Notes under the pieces: model-generated
Databases searched by the model: none
Seen by the model: the letters and a program-made list of their open reading frames with translations, nothing else
Told to the model about the DNA's origin: nothing
Made by a program: the position numbers and the translations under genes
Assembly (NCBI RefSeq): GCF_009914755.1
Contig: NC_060933.1
DNA length: 64,000 nucleotides
Origin: the human T2T-CHM13v2.0 reference genome, Homo sapiens
Reading direction: 5' to 3' (one strand)
Shown: positions 1 to 16,188 of the stretch, piece by piece
Layout of the letters: every line of letters starts with the position of its first letter
How positions within the stretch are numbered: position 1 is the first letter of the stretch

Positions 1-517
1 GGTCACACCACTGGCAAATGGCAGAAATGGGACTCAGACCGCATCTGTCTGGCCACACAGTCCGCACGCTCGTCCTGCATGTCCTGTACACACTGTACAC
101 AGAGCTGCCCTTTGTCTGGATGCGGAAGCCAAGGGACATGCAGACGACCCTGTCACCTGCCTCCCTGTGGTGCTGACTCCTCTCTGCTCTGAGTTCCAGG
201 CTGGGTGGGGACTGCAGGTCACAGGATTGGCCGGAGCTGGAAAAGCCCAGCTCAGTTCCTGCTGAGGCCCAGCAGGGGAAGGAGAGGTTGCAACATCGGC
301 GGAGGCTGAGGTTCCGGAGAAGTTGGGCCCCCAGCCTGTTCACTGGGGCACAGGTCACACTGCAGACGCAGCCCCACTAGCTTGTTTGGGGCTCGAGGAC
401 TCCCACAACATCCCCGGGAGGGGGGTGGCACCGGGACCCTCATTTCCTCCTGTGGAAGCAGAACCAGGTGACTGCACTGCTGTAGACCCACCAGCGGCAT
501 TGAAAAAACCCTCACCA

Positions 518-1600
<1,083 letters not shown>

Positions 1601-1649
1601 TTTTTATTCTCAGTTCTCTTATGTTATTGACAGCTGGCTTTCTTTTAAG

Positions 1650-1931
1650 TTTTTTTTCTTTTTTCTTTTTTGAGACAGTGTCTCACTCTGTCACTCAGGC
1701 TGAAGTGTTGTGGAACCACCACAGCTCACTGCAGCCTTGAACTCCTGGGCTCAAGCGATCCTCCCACCTCAGCCTCCGGAGTAGCTACCACATCCAGCTA
1801 GTTTTTTACTTTTTTGTGGACACACGGTCTCACTATGTTGCTCAGGCTGGTCTAGAACTCCTGGCCTCAAGCCATCCTCCTGTCTGGGCCTCCCAAAGCG
1901 TGGGATTACAGGCGTGAACCAACTCCCGGCC
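1650..1931 (-). mobile_element. Alu (AluJ-type)
   Basis: T tract, GAGACAG...CTCCTGGGCTCAAGCGATCCTCCC, ends CCCGGCC. Confidence 0.9.
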
Positions 1932-2396
1932 TTAAGTTAGTTGCTTTTGTAAGAAATAAAAATACCAGGCGGTAATTGGCATTAGAGCAGTCAAAAATCT
2001 CAGATGCTAGTGTTCCTGGGCAAGTAACCTTGCCTCTCTGAAGCTCAGTTTTCTCATGGGGAAATGGGATCGTGATGGCACCTCCCTCCTGGAGCCACTG
2101 TGAGGGTTCCATGATGCCTCCGAGGTGCTCTTCCCAGCGGCCAATGTGCAGTGAGCACCCAGCTGCCCCTATAGGACTGGCAGGTCTTCCTTGAGCCTTT
2201 GGGGTTAGGGATTTAAGCAGCATAGGCCTTAGTCAGAGGAGAAAAAGTCCCTTACCCCACCATCCACATGGGGAAACGGGCCTAGAAGAGTCAAAGGACT
2301 TGCCAAGATCTCTCAGCATCTCCTGAACTGGAATGTGGTTTTCCAAGAGTCCCCTCAGGACCCGGGCCAGGCTTCACCTGTGCCTGGGTGTGCAGC

Positions 2397-3046
<650 letters not shown>

Positions 3047-3124
3047 AGTCAGGGTGGGGTGTGAATCGAGCTGCCCCTTTCAAAATACAAATGAAGGCTT
3101 CCTGTTCTTTTTCTGTCCTTGAAG

Positions 3125-3735
<611 letters not shown>

Positions 3736-4315
3736 TGATGGCTTTCCAGGAGACAAGTGCTGCCTCCCGGCCACGAGCTTTTAAGAAGAACTGTTGATGG
3801 AACCCGAGCTGGAGTCCCAGGGACCGGGGCGAGTTCTCCATCCCAGGGGATTTTCAGATGGGACACTGGGGAGAAGCTGCCCTGCCCATCTGAACTCTAT
3901 GATCCCAGTACTAACACTGGTAGCTGTGCCATCCCCAGTATAGAGACAGCACCGTGCTCTTGGGAGGGTGAGTCATTGGCCCCCGGCTGCCCAGCAAACA
4001 GCATGTGACCCCCACTTCCCAGCCAGGCCTGGGTCCTCTTGGGTTCCGAGATCCCAGCCCCCTGCTGTGATCCTCAGGGATCCCTTCTTGACTGGCGTCT
4101 CCCAGAGGCACTTGTGTTCCCCCAGAGCTTGCTCTCCACAAGTTTCTGAAACTCATTGCTGCTGCTGGAGACTCCATTGGGTCTAGCTCTTGGCTGCTCT
4201 GGTTGTGCAATCACCCGTCTGCACGTTTTTCTTTCGTGCAGAGAAAGATCTGCCTCATCTTTCTGCAAGAGCATCTTGGTATTTATACACTTTTTGTCTT
4301 GATTTTACAATTTTT

Positions 4316-4606
4316 GGCTGGGCACGGTGGCTTACGCCTGTAATCCCAACACTTTGGGAGGCTGAGGAGGGTGGATCATGAGGTCAGGAGTTCAAGACCA
4401 GCCTGGCCAAGATGGTGAAACCCTGTCTCTACTAAAAATACAAAAATTAGCCTGGCGTGGTGGCGGGCACCTGTAATCCCAGCTACTCGGGAGGCTGAGA
4501 CAGAGAATTGCTTGAACCCGGGAGGCGGAGGTTGCAGTGAGCTGAGATCACACCACTGTGCTCCAGCCTGGGCAACAGAGTGAGACTCCGGCTCGAGAAA
4601 AAAAAA
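4316..4606 (+). mobile_element. Alu (AluS-type)
   Basis: Full dimeric body. Confidence 0.95.
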
Positions 4607-5784
4607 TTATTTCTTGGTTGGGCAATGTCACTGTTGTTTCTGAAAAAATACACCCTTATTGTACCATAAACTGATGAGTTGAAGCAACACTGGAAACTAC
4701 AAGAAAGAAGGTAAAAGTCATCAACATGCTTCACCTGGAGATGACTCTGGTTAATGTCTAGGTGGACGTCCTTCTGCAGAGTGTACACATTTCGCCCCAT
4801 CCCCTCTAATGACAATGAAAACCTCTCTGTTTCTTGCTGAAGGTGGGGTGTGTAAGTCACTGGAGTGGATCTGAGGGCCTGAAAATCTCCATCCCCTCCC
4901 CTCCCACAGCGTAAACAAACAGCCTCCCAGCACCCCTCCCGCACTGCCAGGTTGGAAGCCACCGCTCCAGCTCCAGGGAGCAAGGCTTGGTGCCCACTAA
5001 GCAGGTGCTAATGATTCCCCCACTCTCAAAGAAAGTTCCATTCACTCCCCAAGGTTCCACTCCCCTACCTTCCAGACACTCCAGTTTGTGTATTGAGTTC
5101 ACACAAAGCCAAGTTGGCCTCTGTCTGCTTTGTGGTTCTATCTCTAACCCCCACCCACCATCAGCAACAATCGACTTTTTCTAAGCGCAGAGAGGGCCCC
5201 AGCTTGGGCCTGGGTGGTCCCATTTGCCTGTGCCTCTCTGGTGACATAGATGGTTGGTTGACCCCTGGGATGTCAGGGGCTTCCTGGGAGGACCTTCGCC
5301 TGCAGGGAAGAAAGAGCCTGGCCTTGCTTCTTAGGGAGGAGGCATGACCCCAGGTGGCAGTGTGGTGGTGGCGGCTCTAGGACCCAACTGGACGCAGGCG
5401 TAGACATTTCTGTAAGGACAACGGGCACCTGGAACCCACACAACCTTGCTCTGGGGCCTCTTGGAGGCACAGGGCTCTGGCAAATTGGGACATCATCCAC
5501 CGGGGAGTGGCAGATGTTGCTGTTATTCCCAGTGAGGGGTGGCAGGGGTGAGTGGTGGAGGGTGTGGCAGTTTCCATGGCAGGGGCAGCTTTGCCCTGCG
5601 TGGCACCACGGTGGCCTCCCTTAGTCGTTCCTCAGACCTGTTCCTGAGCATTTGTGAGTCTTCCTGGTGCCCGAAGAAACCCTGGGGGCGGCTTGACATG
5701 AAACAAGAGCAGGAAGGGGGCAAGAGCCTGTGACACTGTCAGGGTGACCCTGTGGCTTCTTCAGGGGAGGGTGGGTGGTGCAGA

Positions 5785-5900
5785 AGCTTGGGTTTTGGAA
5801 TCACACGGACTGGAGAGTGTCCTAGTTGAGTCTTATGCTGACTGGCTGTGTGACCTTGGGCAAGTCACTTAAGGTCTCTGAGCCCCCGTTTCCTCATCCA
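5785..5900 (+). mobile_element. MIR fragment
   Basis: GCTGTGTGACCTTGGGCAAGTCACTTAA...CTCTGAGCC...TTTCCTCATC core. Confidence 0.75.
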
Positions 5901-6699
5901 CCCTAGAGGCACAGTAGTGCCCACGTGGTGGGCTTGGATGAAAGACAGAACTCGATGCCCAGGCCTCCTCACCTGGCAGCGCTGCTTTGCTCTGTCTGCT
6001 TGCCCTGGCGGTGGTGGCCTGGGAAGAGCTGAGTTACAGAAGTTGGGGGACTTCAGGAAGCCACAGTTCTCATCCCAGTGGCTCCTAAGTCTTGACAGCA
6101 GTGGGGTCCAAGCTATATTTCACACCCGCCTTCCCATTGCAATCTTGTTCTTCTTTCTTCTTGAAATGAATCTGACCCAAGTGATCAATACAGAAGGATG
6201 CAGGGGTAGGGGCTGTGAGACCTCACCTGGACCTCTCCATTCCCCACCAGATGCCCCCTAGGGTCTATGGAACAGTTGGAAAAACCCCTGGCCCCAAGAG
6301 GTGCTGGCGGCAGATAAACGGGGAGGGGGGGGGGGGTAAGGGGAGTCGTTTTCCAATGCATTCCTCACTGCTCTGGCTTAGAAGAAAGACGCGTCTCGTC
6401 TCGGGTGCTTCTGAGGGTCCTGCAGGGCCTGAGGTTGCTAAGCCAGGCGGCCCACCTTTCCCCCTTCCCATAAGACATGAAGACGCCCCTCCGTGTGGCA
6501 CAGGGCAGAGCTGGCCAGAGCCCTGCTCAGTGTGTCTGGCCACTTGACCTGGGACAAGCCCTCCTTCTGAGCCTCTGCTGTATGGGGCAACCGTAGGGCC
6601 CTGGTTCGGAGCCCGGTGTGGGGAGGATAGGAGGAGCTGTCAGGCCCCATGCACTGCCCCTGGTGCCAGTCAGTACCTGATCAGTGGTGCTTGCCATTC

Positions 6700-6812
6700 T
6701 TTTTTCTTTTTTTTTTTTTGAGACAGGGCCTCCCTCTGTCACCCAGGCTGGTGTGCAGTGGCACAATCTCAGCTCACTCTGTAGCCTCGACCTCCTGGGC
6801 TCAAGCGATCCT
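6700..6812 (-). mobile_element. Truncated Alu right-arm fragment (AluJ-like)
   Basis: T tract plus GAGACAGGG...CTCCTGGGCTCAAGCGATCCT, then stops. Confidence 0.85.
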
Positions 6813-7572
6813 ATGTACAGGGCGTGGCAGTTTGCAGGGGCCAGGATCCTGGTCCTTGGTCAAGGCGAGGGAGGCCTCACCGGGCCCAGTTTGCAGATAA
6901 GGAAACTGAGGCTCCTTGAAGGCAGGCCACAGACTGCTAGTGGGTGTGGCCCCTTGACCTGACAGGCTATGACTAGGGAAGGGGCACGCTTTCCCCCGCT
7001 CCTCGCCCCAGTTTTAGGAACCCCCGCGGCATCCTTGTATATATATATATGTATATACGTATATTTCTTCCTCAGCTCCTCCTTTGTGTCTGAGGCGCTG
7101 TGGGGACTGTCAGAGGGGCCTGGAAACCTCCCAAACTCTGGCAAAGATGCCCAAACAGAGCAAGTTTGGCCCTAGAGAGCAGGGAACCAATCCCGGCCCC
7201 ATCCCACAGAGGGGGAAACCGAGACTCAGCCAGCTGAGGGGCTAGTCCAGGCCCCCTAGGAAGCCGAGGTGGCCTCAGCCTCCAGGCCAGGGCTTCCTAG
7301 GACTGCAGTCCTCTCCTGCCCCTCTTCAGCCCCGCCTTCCCCGCAACCCCAGCATCCCCTGTCCTCTGGAGGAAGATTTCCGTGGTCCCGGTTGGGGGTG
7401 CCAAACTGCCAGCGACAACAGCGTTTTTTAAATCCTAGAGTCGCTGACTCGTGTGATTATTCTTATTTAAGGCAGGGAAGGTACTGGGAGTGGGGAGCCG
7501 GTCACCTCTGGGTGGGGGGCACCTCCGGGTGAGGGCGGCCCCTCCTGTCTGCCTTGTGCCCAGCTCCAACCT

Positions 7573-7870
7573 GGGGAGGGGGAGGAGAGGGGAAGCAGGA
7601 GGAGGAAAGGGGGGGAGGGGGATGGGAGAGGATGAATTAGGAGGATGGAGAAGGGGGAGGAAAAGGAAGGGGGAAGAGGGGGCAGAAGAGGGCGGAAGAG
7701 GAAGGGAAGAGGGGGCTGGGGTAAGGGGAGAAGAGGGTAGGAGGGGAGAAGGGGCAGGAGGAGAGGATTAGGGAGGGAGATGAGAGGGGAAGAGGAGGCT
7801 AGGGAGGGCGTGGGGTGGAGGGGGTGAGGAAAGGGCTAGGGGAGGAGGATGGGGAGGAAGATGAGGGGAG
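7573..7870 (+). repeat. GA-rich polypurine low-complexity tract
   Basis: ~300 bp almost entirely G/A with many GGG runs. Confidence 0.9.
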
Positions 7871-7879
7871 CACAAAAAA

Positions 7880-8790
7880 GAACCCCCCCGCCCCCGCCTT
7901 GGTGGCTCCCTAAGCAGATAGGAGATACATAATTTACTACGGAAATGCAAAAAGAATTGGGAAACTCTCAATTTATAAATATTTATTTTTACAAGTTCGC
8001 CCCTCCCGGCTCCCCCTTGCTGGCCCTGGTCTTTTCTCTCTGGGGCCCTCGGGGCGCAGGTCCCTCCTCTCCGGCTCCCACTCTGGCCCCTCTTCCCCTC
8101 CCCGCCTTCCTTCTGCAGTCCCTTCCCCCTCGGGCGGTCTCTGTCTCCCCCAGGTCCTCTCCTTCCTCTCTCCCGCCTGTGTCTCTCCCCCTAGTGCGTC
8201 TCTGTCTCTGTCTCTCTTCGTGGCGGGACGGGGGCGATTTTTGAGTCTCCCCCGCCGTGGGTTTCTGTCTCTCTGGCTGTCTCCCCCATCTCTCCATCTG
8301 CGTCCTCCCACTTGCCCCGCGCCCCCCGTCTCTCACACCCGAGGACCCCAGCTCCCGCCAGAGGGTCCGGGGGCGGCAAGAGCCCCCGTAGGCTCCCGGG
8401 GGATGGGGGGAGGGGTCGTTTCCCTGGCAACAGCCGGTCGGCGGGGCGGGGCGGGAATTGGGTTGAGCCCCGCCCCTGCCCCGCCCCCTCGCCCTGGCCG
8501 CGGGTTGGGGGCGCCTGGGTGAGGCTTCCGAAGCACGTGGACCGGGCCGTGGGGGCGGGAGGGGGCTCCCTGGGAGGCCGGCCCGGAGGAGGGGCGGGCA
8601 GGTAATCAGCCAATCAGTTAATCAATCGGCGGGTCAATCCATCAATCACAGGCCCCCAGAGCGGCTGGGGTTGAGCGCTCAGGGTGTGGAAAGAGCTGAG
8701 TTCTAATCCCTGCTCGGCCTCTTCCTGGCCGTGTGGCCCCCAAGCCCGGAAGCCCCTGCACAGCGCCGAGCCTCGGGGTCCCCTCTGCGC
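7880..8790. promoter_or_regulatory. CpG island with promoter/enhancer motifs
   Basis: High CpG density; GC boxes (8442-8455, 8468-8487, 8551-8558, 8591-8598), E-box CACGTG 8534-8539, NF-Y box AGCCAATCAG 8608-8617. Confidence 0.8.
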
Positions 8791-9732
8791 AGTGGGGCTG
8801 TGGCAGCACCTGCCTGCGGGGCTGACAGTCCTTCCTGGTGGCCTGGTAGTCCCTGTCCACCCCTCCACCTCACGGATGGGAAACGGGAGCTGCTGAGAGG
8901 GGAAGTGGCCGGTGGGCACAGAAGGGATGGAGCGGGGAGGGGCACCAGCCATTTCACAAGCTCGGCTGCATCTGCTGGCCCAGGCCGTTTTTTTTTTGTG
9001 AGCGGGGCCTGCGCTGTCCCCATCCTTGGCAGCACCTAGCTCAGTGCCCGACCTGCACAGGTCCTGGCTTCAGGTGGGAGAACCCGAAATGCCCTTTTGA
9101 TCGCTCCTCCCGGTCCCTCTCCCCTCCTGGGGTGGGGAACTGAGTCCGGGAGAGGCCAGATGGATGCAGGGTTGCTTGGCTAGACCCGTGCCGGCCCCTC
9201 CTCTTAAGCCATCCCTAGGCCTGACACATGAGCTGGGGTGGGGCGGTTGTTTGTTAGTGAAGGAGGAGGCCTCAGGCAGCGTCTGCAGGGTCAGCAGCTG
9301 GAAGGGTCTCTAGATGCTTCCTGCAACTCAAAGCCAGTTGTTTGTAACCAACACGCAGGTCTGCTCAGCCTTCTAACCAGCACCTCTCCCAGCCCTGTCC
9401 CTCCCTCCCTCCCAAGCGGGCTGGGGGCTGGAGTGGAGGCTGATGAAGGGGCTGGTGGGAGGGCCCTCTCCAGGAGGGACTGGGGAGTCACAGGGAAGGT
9501 GGCTATTTATAATTTCAGCAGCCCCTTTAAGCCCGGGCTCCAGGCCTGCTGCCAGGCCGGTTCTGTTTGAAGCTCCCAGCTCTAATCCTGCTGCAGTCCT
9601 GCTCTCAAATCCAGATCCTTTGGCTGCCTCCCATGCAGGGAACAAGCCCGGCCTGCGGAGCTCTCCCAAGGCTGGGGACAGCTGCAGGGCTACTCCCTCA
9701 CTGTCCCCAGCCTCCTATGCTGGGCAAGCACA

Positions 9733-9733
<1 letters not shown>

Positions 9734-9787
<54 letters not shown>
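9734..9787 (+). repeat. (CA)27 microsatellite
   Basis: Perfect dinucleotide run. Confidence 0.95.
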
Positions 9788-9788
<1 letters not shown>

Positions 9789-9818
9789 TTCCCTGTGCTA
9801 CAAACAACAAATTCATCC

Positions 9819-9952
9819 TTTTTTATTTTTTTGTAGAGACAGGGGTCTCACTATGTTGCCCAGGCTGGTCTCAAACTCCTGGCCTCAAGCCATCCTACTG
9901 CCTTGGCCTCCCAGAGTGCTGGGATTGCAGGCATGAGCCAATGTGCCCGGCC
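9819..9952 (-). mobile_element. FLAM / Alu left monomer
   Basis: GTAGAGACAGGGGTCTCACTATGTTGCCCAGGCTGGTCTC...CCCGGCC. Confidence 0.85.
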
Positions 9953-10926
9953 TACAAACGTGCTTTTCATAGACTGGCATTTCATGTCTGTGGCCTGTGG
10001 GCCCCAATCCCAAGGCCTGCCCTGCCCTCTGCGGGAAGGATGTTTTCAGAACTTTGTGGCCCTCCCCAAAGGTTCTAGGTTCTATGCCCCACCTCCTTAG
10101 AGCCCCAGGGCCCCCAAGTGTGTTCAGAACCCGAACCAGCCTAGGAACTGACAGGAAGAAAGAGTGGAAGTTGTGGTGGGGAGGGGTTGTCGGGTCTTGA
10201 AGGAGGGGAGTTGGTTCAGATGCCCAGGGCAGCCCTGTCCCGTCGGGTCCGCCCAGCGGCCTCTGCCCATTCCCATGCTGGGCTCTGTGCCCGGGCTCTC
10301 CGTGTCTTACCTGCCCCTGGTGGACGTGTTCTTACTCCCATTTTACAGATGGGGAAGGTGAGGCTGGGAGTATAGGTAACACACCCAAGGTCCCCCAGCT
10401 AGTGAGAAGAAGGGTGGGGTTTGAGCCAAACTCTCTGGGGCTCTATGGGTCAGGCTGTCCCCCACTTCTGCACTGGCAGTGTGGGTACTTGGCAACATCC
10501 TGCCAGCTTTTCCCTGCTGCTGGTCTGGGGCTTCCACAAGGCCTTCTGGGTGGCAGGGTGGCTTGCGTCTCTGTGTGGCACACTATGGTGTCCAGTCCAC
10601 ATCCCTGGCTGACCGCATGTACTGGGGAGAAAGGAAAGAATAGAGACGCAGGGGAGGCCCCTCGGTCCAGCTGCACTGTTGGTAACGAGGGTCTCAGAGC
10701 AGACCCAGAGATCAGGCTGTGGAGCATCTCAGGCAGCTCTAGGGGAAGGGAAGGCATAGAAAAGACTAGAGGGGTCAGTGAGGACCAGGCCCCGAGACTC
10801 AGGGAGCCCCATGTCAGACCAGGCACCAGGAAGGGAGTTGAGGCCAGGGATTCTGCTCCAGAACTAGCTGTGTGACCTTAGGTAAGGCCCTTTACCTCTC
10901 TGGGCCTCAGTAAAAATAAAGAGGCT

Positions 10927-11211
10927 GGCCAGGTAAGTGGCTCATGCCTGTAATCTCAGCACTTTGGGAGGCCAAGGCGGGTAGACCACCTGAGGTCGGG
11001 AGTTCGAGACCAGCCTGACCAACATGGAGAAAACCCGTCTTTACTAAAAATACAAAAATTAGCCGGGCATGTGGTGGGCACCTGTAATCCCAGCTACTCA
11101 GGAGAATCGCTTGAACATGGGAGGCAGGGGTTGTGGTGAGACGAGATCGTGCCATTGCACTCCAGTCTGGGCAACAAGGGTGAAACTCCGTCTCAAAATA
11201 AATACATAAAT
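10927..11211 (+). mobile_element. Alu (AluSp/Sq-like) with a small right-arm deletion
   Basis: CTACTCAGGAGAATCGC lacks the GAGGCTGAGGCA segment. Confidence 0.9.
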
Positions 11212-11499
11212 ACAGTGGCTCAGTTCTTTAATTTCTGAGAAGGCTTCCAAGTGGAACAGTTCAGAATTCTCTGAATGTTTTATTTTCCACCGAACTTCTC
11301 TTGAGCACCAGCAATGTCACAAATGCTGTGCTTAGGTGCAGCGAGCGGGAAGCTACAGGAGACCCCCCCACTCTCGGGGGGATGCGCACTGGGTCCTGGG
11401 GGAGCTGAAGTGCAAACGACCCACTGCCTGCACCAGGCCATGTGCTGCTGGAGGCATAGAGCAGCTAATATTGGCTGCCATCTACTCCGCACCTGCTGT

Positions 11500-11800
11500 A
11501 TGCTTTATCCTGTTATTGAATCTGCACAACAACCTCATGCAGTAGTTACCATTATTCTTCCCATTTTACAGATTAGGAAACTGAAACCCAAAGAACTAAA
11601 TGCCTGTCTGAATTCTTTCTCGCTCTGTTGCCCAGGTTGGAGTGCCATGGTGTGGTCATAGCCCACTGAAGCCTCAAACCTCTGGGCTGAAGCCATCCTT
11701 CCGCCTCAGCCTCCCAAGTAGCTGGGACCATAGGTGCATGGCACTGTGCCTGGCACTGTCTGAATGCATACAGCTGGTAAGTGTGAACCCAGGCAGATCC
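11500..11800 (-). mobile_element. MIR interrupted by an Alu right monomer (~11615-11753)
   Basis: CCCATTTTACAGATTAGGAAACTGA...[FRAM-like]...CAGCTGGTAAGTG. Confidence 0.7.
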
Positions 11801-11916
11801 CAAATGGTAGCTGTCTTGACGGTTGTTAGAAAAGGGCTTCAAAGTGGAGACTTTCTATGATCTTCCCTTCCCAAGTGGAAAGGGAGGCAGAAGGATGCTC
11901 CAGGCGCACCCCAAAC

Positions 11917-12337
11917 AGCAGTTATCTGCTGCCATGTGACAAGCCACCCCAAACACAGTGGCTCAAAATAATCATGTATTGGACTCTCTTATGATTCTGG
12001 GGTTGACTGGGCTCAGCAAGGCGGTTCATGCTTGGACTCTCTCCTGCAGGTGCAGTCAGAGAATAGCAGGAGCTGGAGTCATCTAAAGGCTCCACTGGGC
12101 TGGGTGCCCAAAACAGCCTCATCGTGGGGCTCATATTCTCTCCTAGTGTATCCCAGATTTCTTATATTACAGCTCAGGGCTCCAAGAGGCAGGAGGCCTC
12201 TGTCCCGTGTCACTTCCACAATCCTCCACTGATCAAAGCGGTCATGTAGCCTACTCAGATTGAAGGCAAGGGGCATAGACCCTACCTCTTAATGATGGGG
12301 GTATCGAGGAATTTGTAGCCACGTTTAATCCACCACA
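11917..12337 (-). mobile_element. MaLR LTR (MLT1 family)
   Basis: CCACCCCAAACACAGTGGCTCAAA...GACTGGGCTCAGC...CAGATTGAAGG...TTTAATCCACCACA. Confidence 0.75.
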
Positions 12338-12344
12338 GATGCTA

Positions 12345-12520
12345 ATACATATTTCATGGCAAAAATGGAGGTTCATGATTAAATACATTGCGGGAAAGGC
12401 AGGATTAAACAAAAGTGTTCTTTCCTGCAGGGCTTCTCAGAGCGTTTGCAGATGTGGACAGTTGGTCTCCAGCCTAGGAAAGGAGTTTGCACAATTTCCC
12501 AAACGGATTTTATGAACTGA
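12345..12520. mobile_element. hAT-Charlie-like DNA transposon fragment
   Basis: CTGCAGGGCTTCTCAGAGCGTTT...ATTTCCCAAAC resembles Charlie4-type sequence. Confidence 0.45.
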
Positions 12521-12628
12521 TTTTGGTTTGGCTGCTAGGAGGTCCTATCTGCAGTGGGGGCTGCTGGACCTGGGAGGCTGGGGTGCTGAGGCTCCTCTGC
12601 ACACTCCACTTTGGGTGACATTGTTCTA

Positions 12629-13420
<792 letters not shown>

Positions 13421-14026
13421 CTACTGGGTAGGCAGGCCCTGTGCCCAGCACATTCCAAGCACTGCTCATGTCATCCTCTCTGGGTCTCAGCATCCTCATC
13501 TGTAAAATGGGATGCCAATAGCACCTACTGCATAACATTCAATGAGGAGCAAACCGGGTAATGGGAGTGGAATTAGGAGACAGAGACCCAAGCCCACTCA
13601 GCCTAAAGGTCTCAGCCACAAAGGTCTGTGCGCACCCTGGTCCTGGCTCCTGGCTGAGCGGGACCCAGTGTGCAGTGCTGCGGTTGTTGGCCATGTCTGC
13701 TGCGTGTGGCTGAGTCCGGGCACAGTGTATGCCCATGTGCCACTGTGCAGGGCAGGCTGTCTGCGTGTGGCCCTTCCCCAGCGAGCAGGGCAGCACTGCC
13801 TGTGAATGCCACAGTTTGGTTTGTGCCCCCACCCCCTGTGGGGCCCTTCCCCCTCCGTCTCCCCACTGGCACCATCCCCCAGGAGGCCATGTCCCCAGGC
13901 TTGACGTCTCCGAACAGAGGCAGGCAGGGGAGAGCTGGTTACCTGAGAGCAATAATCAGGAAGGACCCTGCCACCACCCTCCTCCCCAGCCTGGACCAGT
14001 GACGCAGCCCTGGGAACAGTCTCTGA

Positions 14027-14653
<627 letters not shown>

Positions 14654-15513
14654 CTTGGGCTGGTTTTCTAAACCAGCCCCCCAGCACTGCCCACAAACAT
14701 CCCCACAGAGCCAGGGCGCCCCTGAGTTCCACCTTCCATCCTGGGAATTGTCGCCCATAGGTGGCCACAGCCATCCTGCTTCCTCTACCTCTTTCCCCTC
14801 CCACACCCTGCAGCCACTCGTCTTCCACAAGAAAGGGTACATCTGCCCACTTCTCCCAGTGCAGGACCCCCCCGCTGCTCTTCCCTCCCCTGCCTGGAGT
14901 GCTGCTCCAGACTCTTCCCAGGCCCGGGCTGCAGCATGGCTCTTGACGGCCGTACCCCACACAGGGGCTGTGGGTGTGATGAAGTGTCTCCCCCAGCTCA
15001 CGGCCCTGCAGGGGCGTAAGTCCCCCTTACAGAGTCAGCTCTATCCCTCGACTCTGAAGGCTGCAGGGGCACGGTTCCTGCCCACTCCTGCAGGCTCACA
15101 CCTCTCCACCCCCACCTCTGCTCCAGCCAGAGGAAGTGACTTTCCAGGCCTCTGGGCCCTTGCACATGCTGTCCCTGCTGCCTGAAATGCTCCCCGTTGT
15201 CATCAGATCAGCTGTTCATTCTTTAGGACTCAGCCTGGGCTTCCCCTCCTCCAGAGAGCTCCCGACCCCTCCCAAATTCTCCCATAAGTCCCAAGGCTCT
15301 GTCACCAGGCTCTTGATACGTGTCTGTCACCCCCATGAGACTGTCCAGGAGGGGTCCGTGTCTAGTTTGTCTCTAATCCTCTAGCTTGGCCCAAGGCCTG
15401 GTTGGGAGGTGGGTCTCCAGTGTGGAAGGATGGCCCAGTCCCCTCATCCCGCACCTGTGCCTCGGCCATGCCTCCCCAGGTGCCTTCACCTCCCCACCCG
15501 CCTTTCTCTGCAG

Positions 15514-15715
15514 CGTAGCATCGTGGTAAGAACACCCGCCCTGACATCACACAGACCTGCATCCACGTCCCAGCTGAGCCTCAGTTCTCACATCTGCAAA
15601 ATGGGGAGAACAACAGCAGCAGCGTCCTGAGGCTGGGGTGAGGACCGAGTGAAAAACCTTTGTCGCATCTTTGGGCATCGCAGGAGTTCAATAAATGTTA
15701 GCTATCGTTGTCACT
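15514..15715 (+). ncRNA. Candidate alternative terminal exon (MIR-derived) of the same plus-strand lncRNA
   Basis: Acceptor CCCCACCCGCCTTTCTCTGCAG| (AG 15512-15513); MIR core CTGAGCCTCAGTT...CATCTGCAAAATGGG; AATAAA at 15690-15695. Confidence 0.4.
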
Positions 15716-15748
15716 TTGTATTATCCAGCCCAGTCTGGCCCGTTGTAA

Positions 15749-16188
<440 letters not shown>

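Noticed and set aside
6243-6260. CTCF-like CCACCAGATGCCCC (also CCAGCAGGAGGCAG at ~2874-2887)
   Set aside because: Core mismatches; not distinguishable from chance in GC-rich DNA
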